A stretch of DNA of 64,000 nt from Candidatus Aldehydirespiratoraceae bacterium (GCA_965261185.1 CBDHCN010000002.1:2528813-2592812), one strand, 5' to 3'; positions 20,843 through 33,950 are shown, numbered from the stretch's first letter. The notes: generated by a model not told the origin, from the letters alone. Program-made: numbers and translations.

Positions 20843-22192
20843 CTAGCGATAACGATGTTGGCCTCTATGCCCTTGGGGAAGGAGGCAGCGTTTCTTGGAG
20901 CGTGGGCCGACGTAGTTGCATTGGACCCACCGGGGGTTTCCCATCGGTCCCAGGGCGTGCGTATTGCCCGATGAGCTAGTCAGATGCAGTGAACCGCCGT
21001 CTGGGGTCACTTGTCGAAGAATGCCGACCACATCTGGGGTGGAGTACCTTCGGTTGCGCCGACCCCCTGTAGGGGTCACGATTCCCGCAGCTTCAAGCGA
21101 TGAAAGCGCCGTTCGCGCCGCTCTGGTGGTCACACCAAGTCGTTCAACCACCATTTGGGCGTCAAGCACCGGTATTGAGGGCAGCGCAGCTAATAGTGCT
21201 GCTGCTGTGCTACCACGGCGGAAACGAGCAGTCTCCCGCCATCTAGCGACCATGCGCTCCACGGTTGTCCGCAGCGTTGCTGCATGTCGGTTGGCTTCTT
21301 CACATGAATAACTGAAGACGCTCAGCCAGTTGCGCAAAGCAGCGCTGCGGGCCTCTGAGTCATCGGGTTCGCATATGACTCGAGTGGCGTTGAGTGCTTC
21401 GTGGTAGGCGCGGCGATCACCGCTCAGAGCAGCACTGATTGGAATCGTTGAGCGTGTGAGTCCCGCAGCGACCAGGACCGTGTGGATGAGAGCACGGCCT
21501 GTGCGTCCGTTCCCGTCATCAAAGGGATGGATGGTCTCAAACTGGGAATGGACAACCGCAGCCCGCAGCGCCGTGGGGTGGTCGCTGGTGTTCAGATATT
21601 TGACCAGGTCGTCCATGAGTTCTCTGACGTGCTCGGCGGGGGGCGGAACAAATGTCGCGTCGTCCACGAGGCATCCGGGAGGTCCGATCCATATTGGCTC
21701 GGTGCGCAACGAACCTCCGAAGCCATGGTCCCGTGTCCCCTCGAACAGGCACTTGTGTAAACCTAGAATGTCGTCGAGCGTGGAGCGGTGCCCCGCGCGA
21801 ATCCTGTGTCCGAGTGCCACGGCGGCTGAAACCTGTTTCGCCGCGCCGAGAGCGAGCGCATCGTTGTCGTCGGCCACGGGTCTACCCGCTTGGTCCATGT
21901 AACGCGCCCATTCAAGGCCTGACACTGTGGCGGTGACACCTTCTATGACGCTTGAACGGATGGATTCGTCACGAGCCATCATCCAGTCCATAAGGCTGTC
22001 TCCCAGAGTTGTCTGGGCTGCCTCGGCGGTCGCGGCGAGCGCGCTTTCGGCCGCGGTGATCGCGTTGACAGAATCCGCGTTCAGGGTCGGGACCCAAACT
22101 CCTAAGGTGTGTGGTACATAGGCGCGGTACGATCTTGGTCCGTAACCGGTCCGGCTGGCCATCCACCCCTCGGCTTCGACATATCTTCCCAC
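20843..22192 (-). CDS. Fic family protein (AMPylase-type motif) with intramolecular inhibitory motif and C-terminal wHTH-like extension
   Basis: Canonical Fic motif HPFDDGNGRTGRALIH. An upstream SSVIEG matches the (S/T)xxxE(G/N) inhibitory helix. The stop lies 9 nt upstream of the add start. Confidence 0.88.
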   Translation of the reverse strand: MGRYVEAEGWMASRTGYGPRSYRAYVPHTLGVWVPTLNADSVNAITAAESALAATAEAAQTTLGDSLMDWMMARDESIRSSVIEGVTATVSGLEWARYMDQAGRPVADDNDALALGAAKQVSAAVALGHRIRAGHRSTLDDILGLHKCLFEGTRDHGFGGSLRTEPIWIGPPGCLVDDATFVPPPAEHVRELMDDLVKYLNTSDHPTALRAAVVHSQFETIHPFDDGNGRTGRALIHTVLVAAGLTRSTIPISAALSGDRRAYHEALNATRVICEPDDSEARSAALRNWLSVFSYSCEEANRHAATLRTTVERMVARWRETARFRRGSTAAALLAALPSIPVLDAQMVVERLGVTTRAARTALSSLEAAGIVTPTGGRRNRRYSTPDVVGILRQVTPDGGSLHLTSSSGNTHALGPMGNPRWVQCNYVGPRSKKRCLLPQGHRGQHRYR

Positions 22193-22207
22193 AACACCAA
22201 CTTATCA

Positions 22208-22276
22208 GGTCGCATGTGCTATTCAGCAGGTTCTAAAGACACGTTGGTCTGCTACAAGGTCGTATGTGCTACTCGT
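22208..22276 (+). repeat. 69-bp direct repeat, copy A (partner at 25523-25591)
   Basis: 57 of 69 positions match copy B by hand alignment. Each copy holds two GGTnGTATnTGCTA sub-repeats about 50 bp apart. Confidence 0.85.
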
Positions 22277-22398
22277 GGCTGCTATACGGCGATTTCAGGA
22301 GATCATCGCGCCTGAGTTTGCCGCATAGATGGTTACACGGCAAAGAAATCACCGAGCGCGAGGTCGAGGTCGGAGTGGCCCGATCACACTGGGCGGTG

Positions 22399-22872
22399 AT
22401 GTTGTCCGCGGAAGGCTCCGTGCGGGTGGATGCGGCCGCACGGGAGGTTCTTGAGCTCGCCTGCGACTTGCGGGTCTAGATGACGCTGGATCGCAAGATC
22501 ATGAGGATCTACGAAAACCCGCCTCTCGATGCGGATGGGAGCGGGTTCGTGGTCTTTCGGGGCTCGATCCGAGGTATTCCCAGCCCCAAGCAGCGCCAGT
22601 CGGTCAAGCTCGACCGGTGGAGGTCGGTCACCTTCGAGAGTGCCGGGCCGTGGCTGGCCGACCGGTTGGTGCGGATGCGGGGCGGGTTCGTGGTCGAGCC
22701 GGCCGACGGCGGCTCGCTCGTCACCCACGGCTATCGTTCTTGGTTCAAGGGTTCGTTTGGCCCGCTGATCGAACGGTACGCTCGGGACTGGCTGACTCGG
22801 GACGTCGATGACGAACTCCAGAGGCTAAGGCAGCACTTCGAAGGTGGGAGAGCCGACGCAGGCGGTGGATGA
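22399..22872 (+). pseudogene. SRPBCC (START/polyketide-cyclase-like) protein interrupted by an in-frame TAG
   Basis: Track ORFs 22264-22479 and 22480-22872 are contiguous in one frame. TAG 22477-22479 splits ...SVRVDAAAREVLELACDLRV from MTLDRKIMRIYENPPL... inside what reads as one SRPBCC domain. Confidence 0.5.
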
Positions 22873-22923
22873 GGTTGAAGGGTCGAGTTTCGTGCGGTTG
22901 TCCGCCGCGGTTGCGCCGCGGCG

Positions 22924-22966
22924 TTGCACATCAATGCACATTAATGTCATGATGTGCTAATGCGCA
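22924..22966 (+). promoter_or_regulatory. AT-rich palindromic region upstream of vapB (candidate autoregulatory operator/promoter)
   Basis: TTGCACATCAATGCACATTAATGTCATGATGTGCTAATGCGCA contains GCACAT ... ATGTGC inverted repeats immediately before the vapB start. Confidence 0.35.
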
Positions 22967-23184
22967 CAACAGTAGAGTTGCCCGACGACCTGCACGCTCT
23001 CGCACGCGAACTGGCGCATCAGCAGAACAAGACCCTCAGCGGGGTCATCGTGGAGATGCTCCGCAAGGCCATCGGTACCGGAGACGCCACCCGCGACACA
23101 TTACACGAAACTGGATGGCCCACCGTAAGCCTCGACCGGCCGATCACCATCGAGGACGTCAGGTCGCTAGAGGACGAAGGATGA
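22960..23184 (+). CDS. vapB: VapB-type antitoxin (ribbon-helix-helix-like)
   Basis: 74 aa, MRTTVELPDDLHALARELAHQQNKTLSGVIVEMLRKAI; stop overlaps the vapC start (ATGA). Confidence 0.75.
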   Translation: MRTTVELPDDLHALARELAHQQNKTLSGVIVEMLRKAIGTGDATRDTLHETGWPTVSLDRPITIEDVRSLEDEG

Positions 23185-23579
23185 ATGTGGCGCTGGCGGA
23201 CAGCAACCTGCTGATCGCAATGACTGTGCCGAACCATGTACATCATGGCACGGCGCACTCGTGGCTCGCGCAGCATCAAGGTGCGGTTGCCACATGCCCG
23301 ATCACCCAGGGAGCGCTGGTGCGACTGTTGATCCGAGAGGGCAGATCCGTAGACACTGCCCTCACGGCACTCGAAACGATCTCACAGCAACCGAATCATG
23401 TCTTTTGGCCCGACGACATCGGCTACGCAGATGCGTCACTGCGTGGGGTCATCGGCCACCGGCAAGTCACCGACGCCTACCTTGCGGCACTGGCCGAGCA
23501 CCACGGTGCCGTCGTCGCGACCCTTGATCGCGGCCTCGCGCTGCTCCGCCCCGACGCGACGCTACTGATCGAGACCTGA
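23181..23579 (+). CDS. vapC: VapC-type PIN-domain toxin
   Basis: 132 aa with N-terminal acidic residue in LADSNLLIA and QVTDAYLAALA...VATLD, typical PIN layout. Start at ATG 23181, not the track start 23115. Confidence 0.85.
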   Translation: MNVALADSNLLIAMTVPNHVHHGTAHSWLAQHQGAVATCPITQGALVRLLIREGRSVDTALTALETISQQPNHVFWPDDIGYADASLRGVIGHRQVTDAYLAALAEHHGAVVATLDRGLALLRPDATLLIET

Positions 23580-23951
23580 GGCGACAGCAAAGCTGCGGCC
23601 GCCGTCATCCGGCTGCCTCGATAATCCACGTGCCGTCCGACTGCTTTGGTGGCAGCGAAGCTGTATTTGAGGTCGCTGGTTCAGGTGCAGCGCAGCAGCA
23701 CCGCCGGTGACCATGTGCCCCAGGTGCCGCCGAAGCGGTCTCGCCCGCTGGCCCTGTCGACGCAGCACGGCGGTCACCCCTCGGCTACCTGTAAGCCCCA
23801 CCGGAGTCGCTGTGGATGCGATGTACGCCGACCGCCCCATACCTCGGCGTGCCGCCTCCAACGTTTAGCATCAGCAGCACGACTGCCGGGGCGTCCTTCA
23901 CCTTGAGCGTCACCGTACACAACGACGGTAGCGCTTTAGCGGATTGGACGA

Positions 23952-25175
23952 TCAGTCCTTGGTGTTCCTCTTTCGCTTGCGAACATCTGGCACCTTTCGT
24001 TCGGGGATCGCCCGCGTCAGGTATCGATCAAACTGAGGGACCGTGAACGCCGCAAATCCGTGCTCCGGGGTGTACAGAAGCCCTTTCTCAATCAGCTTGG
24101 AACGTATCGGTCCGCACTGTTGGGAAGTTCTCCCAAGCAGGTCAGCTACCGCACCGGCAAGTTGTGGTTCCGGGCCAAGTTCAGCCATCGCCCGCAAGTA
24201 GGCCAGTTCAAGCTCGGTGGTTCGGTCGTGCCTCACCTTGAAGAAACCCGAATCAAGTTTCTCCTCTACAACGGTCTTGGCCGTTCGCGCGTCGATCGCG
24301 TTGATCTCGGGACCGTCGGAGAGGTTCCATGAGGCTTGGCCAAACTCCTGCAGGAAGTAGGGGTAACCTTCTGTGAAATCGGTCGCTGTGTCGAGTGCCG
24401 CCTCAGAGAATCTGACATTACTTTCAGAGGCCGGTTCAATGAGCGCTCGGCGAGCTTCGGAATCGGTGAGTTTATCGATGGTGGGAAATCTGAAGAGTCG
24501 TTCGGCGTAGGACTTCGCTTCTCCGGCAAGCTCTGCCAATTGTGGAAGTCCAGCGGCGGTGAGAGTGATCGGCAATTGCCGCTGAACAGTCTTGTGAATG
24601 GCCGCGATCAGAGCCTCTAACTGCGGGCGCGTGAGAAATTGAATCTCGTCGAGAAGCAACACGACACCTTGGTCGTGTTGCGCGGCCGCTTCGCCGAGGG
24701 CAACCAGAACGTCGGTCAGGTCCGCATCGAGCGCTCCGCTATCCGCTTCCCCCTCAAGTGCTTCAACATTGAGTCCTGCCGTAAGCGTTCCTTGCGGATC
24801 GAGCGTAATCGTGAACGACTTGAGCACCTGGGCCGCACGTTTCAGCTTCCCAGCCCACTTCGCTCTCGGGGCAATAGCGAACAGTGCTCTGCGAACCTCG
24901 CGTGCCAAGAGCCTTCTAAACTGCTCGTTGTCGTGCTTCGCTATCTCGATTTCTATCACCACCCAGCCGCGGTCTAGTGCTGAGCTCCGAAACTCTGAAA
25001 GCAGAACGGTCTTGCCAACGCCACGAAGGCCAGTGATGATCATGGATTGCTCTGAGCGCCCCGCGCGCAACCGGTCGAGCAGTACCTCAAAGGCATCAAG
25101 CTCATCTTGCCTACCAACGAGCACCGGAGGTCTTGCGCCAGCGTTAGGCGTGTACGGATTTTCCCTTGGATCCAT
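23952..25175 (-). CDS. Archaeal-type AAA+ ATPase (COG1672-like) with C-terminal wHTH
   Basis: Contains NPYTPNAGARPPVLVGRQDELDAF, Walker A GLRGVGKTVLL and Walker B VVLLLDEIQFL; the C-terminal region is winged-helix-like. Confidence 0.8.
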   Translation of the reverse strand: MDPRENPYTPNAGARPPVLVGRQDELDAFEVLLDRLRAGRSEQSMIITGLRGVGKTVLLSEFRSSALDRGWVVIEIEIAKHDNEQFRRLLAREVRRALFAIAPRAKWAGKLKRAAQVLKSFTITLDPQGTLTAGLNVEALEGEADSGALDADLTDVLVALGEAAAQHDQGVVLLLDEIQFLTRPQLEALIAAIHKTVQRQLPITLTAAGLPQLAELAGEAKSYAERLFRFPTIDKLTDSEARRALIEPASESNVRFSEAALDTATDFTEGYPYFLQEFGQASWNLSDGPEINAIDARTAKTVVEEKLDSGFFKVRHDRTTELELAYLRAMAELGPEPQLAGAVADLLGRTSQQCGPIRSKLIEKGLLYTPEHGFAAFTVPQFDRYLTRAIPERKVPDVRKRKRNTKD

Positions 25176-25209
25176 TACGTCAGCGTAACAAGATTATGCA
25201 AAGTTTATT

Positions 25210-25246
25210 AGAGTATTTGAGGTTTATAAGAGTATTTAGGGTTTAT
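25210..25246. repeat. Two tandem 18/19-bp AT-rich repeats just upstream of the AAA ATPase start
   Basis: AGAGTATTTGAGGTTTAT (25210-25227) and AGAGTATTTAGGGTTTAT (25229-25246). They are followed by GGTTTAT..ATAAACC and two GATAAACCG copies. The local sequence is visibly much more AT-rich than the ~60% GC genome. Confidence 0.8.
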
Positions 25247-25312
25247 TAGGTTTTGATAAACCGTCCATAACTCGATAAACCGAAGCCGGGTCAATACCCT
25301 CGACCGGGCGAT

Positions 25313-25463
25313 GGTTCGAACCCGCGAAGTGGCATGTCGGGGCCTCGCTGGAGCCAGTTGTCGGCCAGGTATTCGGCTTGGGTGTCGATCAGGTGCAGGG
25401 TGTAAGCGTGACGACTGATCGGCGACGTGTTCAACGCGCTCCAGTGGGGGAGCGTGCCGTGCA
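25313..25463 (-). pseudogene. Orphan copy of the last ~45 codons of the phytanoyl-CoA dioxygenase gene (partner at 36819-36969)
   Basis: 151 nt with about 11 mismatches to 36819-36969, same orientation. It reads ...LQRGPDMPLRGFEPSPGRGY-stop on the minus strand. Confidence 0.85.
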
Positions 25464-25522
25464 ACACGCTCGTTTAGCGGCGGCGCGCAACTTGAGCCGG
25501 AGGATCTGTTCAAGGCAGAACG

Positions 25523-25591
25523 GGTCGTATGTGCTGTTCAGTCGCTTCTAAAGACCCGTTGGTTAGTTACAGGGTGGTATTTGCTACTCGT
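25523..25591 (+). repeat. 69-bp direct repeat, copy B (partner at 22208-22276)
   Basis: See copy A. It lies between the phyH fragment and the 3' end of the HNH gene. Confidence 0.85.
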
Positions 25592-25720
25592 CGAGTGAGG
25601 CTGGGAGGCTGTTGACGATTCGGGTGGTTTCGACTGAGAGGTTGACGAGTCGCCGGAGGCGGCGGATCCGGTTGAAAGGGTTGGTCGGCCCTTTTGCAGG
25701 CCGCCCGAAGTTGGTTGGGT

Positions 25721-26884
25721 TCAGGGGCCGTTTGGTGGGTTGTTGGGGTTGATGATTTTGTAGCCGGTGTTGGTTTTGATGACCATGTAGCCGCGGTCGT
25801 GGATGTTGTGATGGCAGTGGGGGCAGGCGAGACACATTGTGTCGATGTCGGTGAGCCCTCCTTGTTCCCAGGGCACGATGTGATGGATTTCGCAGCGTTC
25901 GGGGCCTGCGGTGCAGTCTTTGCCTGTGCAGTGCCGGTCGCGGGCGATGATGGCTTTGACTTGGGCTTCGGTGGCGTGTCGATGGGTGCGTCCCACCCAG
26001 ATGGGTTGACCTTTGCCGTCGAAGACAACCCCGGTGACAGCGGCGGTGCACATCAAACGTTCCAGCACTGTTTGCGGTAATGCTTCACCCCCGACGATCT
26101 CAGCGACACCGGTCGGGTTGTCGCCGCGGAGGCGTTCAATGTCAGCTATCGCGATGAGTTGTGTGCGTGTACTGCCAGGCCCGCGACGCGCCGGGTTGGT
26201 CAACAACGCGATCAGAGCGTCGGCTGAGCGTTGTTGTGGAGTGCGCACATCATCTGGGGCGCCTTCGCGTCCGCCGTCGTCGCGCCACAGCCGGTCGTAC
26301 TCGACGTTGATTACTTTGGCCACTTGTTGATAGCTGGTCGGGTCCAACTCAGCCAACAGCACTCCCATGCCTTCGTCGTTGATCCAGTGTTTCAACAACC
26401 GGTTGCGGCGCTGCTGTTGATATCGTTCGGCGCCGTCGTCGCGTTGGTTGCGGTTCACCCACCGCCGCGACTGTTCAGTGAACACATCAACCGACGATGT
26501 CTCAGCAAGCTTCGACAACTCGTCGTCTACTTGCCCAGCAGAAGTCTTGGCCGCAGCCCCGACAGCGACCGCGGCGTGCTCGGCGGTGATCGCGCCTCCA
26601 GCCAACGCTTCAGCCAGCATCGGCATCTCAGCGAGCCCAGCAGCAGTCTTCGCGACAGAGTTCGCAGCGCGTGTCGACATGCGCCCCACCTCGCGCAACA
26701 CCGTCTTGGAGTTCACCCCGCCGTCATCGAGAGATTCGATCTCAGTCGCGCACCTTGTCTGCAACGCACCCAACGCGGCGATCACCCGCCCGGCACCCCC
26801 AACCACAGCCTCCAACTCGCCACGCGAGAGTCCAGTTGTCACCACCGCCCGGGTCTGCTGGATCATCGAATCGAACATGACCAC
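25721..26884 (-). CDS. DUF222 / HNH endonuclease (mycobacterial REP13E12-type protein family)
   Basis: The N-terminal DUF222-like region precedes a C-terminal HNH motif: CTGKDCTAGPERCEIHHIVPWEQGGLTDIDTMCLACPHCHHNIH. Confidence 0.85.
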   Translation of the reverse strand: MVMFDSMIQQTRAVVTTGLSRGELEAVVGGAGRVIAALGALQTRCATEIESLDDGGVNSKTVLREVGRMSTRAANSVAKTAAGLAEMPMLAEALAGGAITAEHAAVAVGAAAKTSAGQVDDELSKLAETSSVDVFTEQSRRWVNRNQRDDGAERYQQQRRNRLLKHWINDEGMGVLLAELDPTSYQQVAKVINVEYDRLWRDDGGREGAPDDVRTPQQRSADALIALLTNPARRGPGSTRTQLIAIADIERLRGDNPTGVAEIVGGEALPQTVLERLMCTAAVTGVVFDGKGQPIWVGRTHRHATEAQVKAIIARDRHCTGKDCTAGPERCEIHHIVPWEQGGLTDIDTMCLACPHCHHNIHDRGYMVIKTNTGYKIINPNNPPNGP

Positions 26885-27044
26885 AACCTAACAACAGGGT
26901 ATGACACTGCACTGCATCAAAGACAACAGCACGACTCAAGCGTGGTGGAACACGCTCGTTCCGCCCTCGAATGGCTCACCGACAAGCTGAGGTTGCTGAT
27001 ATAAAACCCGGCCATCCTTTCAGCGGATCACCGCAGGATGCAGC

Positions 27045-28016
27045 TCAGGCAGTGCCAGCGAGCAGACAGATGAACTGGTCTTCGTCGATGATCTCGATGG
27101 GGCTGCCTTCGGCAGCGAGGGCGAAGGCCTTGCGGTGTTTGCTGCTTCGGCCTGATTCGCCCACTCTGCGCAGGTCGGTCGATCCCACCACGACGTAACT
27201 GGTGCGTTTGCTCACTGATTGGGATGGCTTGGCCCCGGCGTTCACTGCTGCTTGGAATGCTTCTCGCGGGGGCATCGACGCCAGCGTGCCCGTGAACACG
27301 ATCCTCTTGGAGAACAACAGTCCCTCCGGATCAGGTTCGCCACGGGGCTTGAAGTGCTTGGCGCTGAACGACCTAGACGACCCCGACGATGAGGGTGTCG
27401 CATTGGAGAATGGCCGGTACCCGTCCAGGTGGCAGTACCCGAGGCGATACCCATGGGTTGCGAGCAAGTCCGAGGGTGTGGTGTCGAAGCGGTCCGGCAG
27501 CGCTAGCCACAGCAGCCCCGCTGCGTTGGCGTCTGACAACGGGTCGTGATGCGATAGGGGAATCCCGAAATCAGCGGCCAGTACATCGAGGGACCACGAT
27601 CTGGCGTCGGGCATCGCTGAACGGGCGATGCGGTAGGTGCAGGCGAACGGGAACGGGTCCGGTTCATACCCGTGGTGCTCGGCGCTTCTGCGCAGCACCG
27701 AGAGGTCAAAGGCGGTGTTGTGAGCGACGACCAACCGCCCGTCAAGCAGCCGCGCGACCCGCTCCCAAATCTCAGGGAAGTCAGGAGCGCGCCTAGTGTC
27801 AGACGGGCCGATGCCGTGAATCATCGTGTTGAAGCCGTCGTAGTGGTTGCCGGGCGGCCTGATCAGCAAGTTGAGCGTGTCCGTAGGCAACCCCTGCTCG
27901 AACACGACCACACCCACCGCGCAGGCTGATCTGCTTTCGCTTGTGGCGGTCTCGAAGTCGATCGCCGCAAACGACTGATCCAGACCCGTTGCCTGCTCGC
28001 TATTGATCTCCGGCAT
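27045..28016 (-). CDS. DnaQ-like DEDDh 3'-5' exonuclease with C-terminal BRCT domain
   Basis: Exo I AAIDFETAT, Exo II VVAHNTAFDLSVL, Exo III HHDPLSDANA. The C-terminal KRIVFTGTLASMPPREAFQAAVNAGAKPSQSVSKRTSYVVVG is BRCT-like. The start overlaps the upstream ORF by 17 nt. Confidence 0.8.
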   Translation of the reverse strand: MPEINSEQATGLDQSFAAIDFETATSESRSACAVGVVVFEQGLPTDTLNLLIRPPGNHYDGFNTMIHGIGPSDTRRAPDFPEIWERVARLLDGRLVVAHNTAFDLSVLRRSAEHHGYEPDPFPFACTYRIARSAMPDARSWSLDVLAADFGIPLSHHDPLSDANAAGLLWLALPDRFDTTPSDLLATHGYRLGYCHLDGYRPFSNATPSSSGSSRSFSAKHFKPRGEPDPEGLLFSKRIVFTGTLASMPPREAFQAAVNAGAKPSQSVSKRTSYVVVGSTDLRRVGESGRSSKHRKAFALAAEGSPIEIIDEDQFICLLAGTA

Positions 28017-28713
28017 CAGTGTCCGTCGTTGAGGGCGCTGTCAGTGATGGAGGCAGGCTGGCAACGATGCGTGCCGTCTCGACGGAGATATAGGTGAGTC
28101 GACAGAGGTGACGAATCAGGTTGAAGGGTTGGTCGGCCCAGTCCTGCCAACCATTGGGGTCGTCGGTGATACCGGAGGGCTTGTCGTGTTTGAATCGGAG
28201 GCTGTCGATGGCCCAGTCGAGCGGGGTGCGGCCCGAGACGGTGTATTGGTGGGCTTCGTCGGGGATGTCGATGAGTTTGCAGCGGTGGTTGATTTCGAGC
28301 ACTGACCGGTTGGTTTCTTTCCCGTTCTTAGCCCAGCGCATCCTCTTGTCGATCCGGTAGGCGTGGGGGTCTGCTTCGCCTTCGTCTACTTCGTTGTCCA
28401 CGAGGCAAACCAGCGGGTACTCGTTGACCGTTTCGTAGTTGATGTGGAGGTCCATGAGTGTTCGCCCCGCAGCGCGGAACGCCTCGAAGTCATCAGCGAG
28501 GGGAACCCTGGGCAGGTTGCGTTGCAGGTCGTGTTTGTAGCGTTCGCGCCAGTCGGGGGCGTGCATTACGCCGTAGAGGTATTCCCAGATGTCGTCTTTG
28601 GTGATGTGTTCGCCGTAACGGGCATGGAATTGCTCTAAGCACCAGTCTGTGATGTTGTCGTTGTCAGTGGGCTCTTGGGGCAGATCCAGGTCAAGCTCAA
28701 CCACATCGCTCAT
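28000..28713 (-). CDS. Type ISP restriction-modification enzyme C-terminal (target-recognition) domain, present as a separate ORF
   Basis: Contains NITDWCLEQFHARYGEHITKDDIWEYLYGVMHAPDWRERYKHDLQRNLPRVPL, characteristic of the C-terminal specificity domain of Type ISP/IIG enzymes. It is detached from the main ORF by the cassette array. Confidence 0.75.
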   Translation of the reverse strand: MSDVVELDLDLPQEPTDNDNITDWCLEQFHARYGEHITKDDIWEYLYGVMHAPDWRERYKHDLQRNLPRVPLADDFEAFRAAGRTLMDLHINYETVNEYPLVCLVDNEVDEGEADPHAYRIDKRMRWAKNGKETNRSVLEINHRCKLIDIPDEAHQYTVSGRTPLDWAIDSLRFKHDKPSGITDDPNGWQDWADQPFNLIRHLCRLTYISVETARIVASLPPSLTAPSTTDTDAGDQ

Positions 28714-33485
<4,772 letters not shown>

Positions 33486-33512
33486 CAGTGCGACTTTAGC
33501 GGACGCGTGTGG

Positions 33513-33950
33513 TCACAGTGAATTCGCGGTGCGCTCGATGCGCATGAGCAGCGCCGCTGAGGGTGTGACTTTGCCGCTCAGATAGGTACTGAGCCGTGAT
33601 GCACTGGTACCGACCAATGCTGCGAACTCCGCTTTGGTCACTCCCGCCCGCTCTACGGCGGTTCGAATGCGGGCAACCACTTCGGCCCGGTCCGCGCATT
33701 CGATTTCCTTGCGGGCCCGGTCGACAGCCAACGCGAACAACGTGCTCACGCCGTCGGGGTCGCGGTAGCTGAGGTAGCGCTCGACCCGACGGGCCAGCGG
33801 CCCCCACGGCGACCGTCTGATCTCCGCGAAGACGGGGTGCCAATCAGGGACCAGGCCGCGGTCGATCGCGGTCACCAGTGCCTCATAGGGCCAAGTCCCA
33901 ACGTCGTCGGCAAGCTCGGCGTCGACGTTGCGGAAACGTAGTCCGTTCAT
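33513..33950 (-). CDS. XRE-type HTH protein with an unknown N-terminal domain (candidate antitoxin/regulator)
   Basis: Start ATG 33950 overlaps the NTase stop (ATGA). The C-terminal HTH is VTKAEFAALVGTSASRLSTYLSGKVTPS. The N-terminal ~90 aa has no recognised motif. Confidence 0.7.
   Translation of the reverse strand: MNGLRFRNVDAELADDVGTWPYEALVTAIDRGLVPDWHPVFAEIRRSPWGPLARRVERYLSYRDPDGVSTLFALAVDRARKEIECADRAEVVARIRTAVERAGVTKAEFAALVGTSASRLSTYLSGKVTPSAALLMRIERTANSL

Noticed and set aside
23580-23951. Possible gene remnants between vapC and the AAA ATPase (e.g. plus-frame ...GASFTLSVTVHNDGSALADWTIS, minus-frame ...VTLKVKDAPAVVLLMLNVGGG)
   Set aside because: The fragments are short, interrupted by stops in every frame and not assignable to a family by eye. 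This is probably decayed coding DNA, and the evidence is too weak to annotate.
25305-25345. tRNA-like GGTTCGAACCC box at the island junction (and GGTTCAAACCC at 36819)
   Set aside because: No cloverleaf can be folded around it. The sequence is simply the RGFEP-coding end of the PhyH gene, so the attachment target is the protein gene, not a tRNA.
25567-26080. Several 128-155-aa ORFs overlapping the HNH gene in other frames
   Set aside because: The 387-aa frame carries the HNH motif; the others are Pro/Arg-rich shadow frames.
25461-26965. Short match (A)ACACGCTCGTT on both sides of the HNH gene as a possible target-site duplication
   Set aside because: A 12-nt match is expected many times by chance among all position pairs in 64 kb, and no further flank similarity exists.
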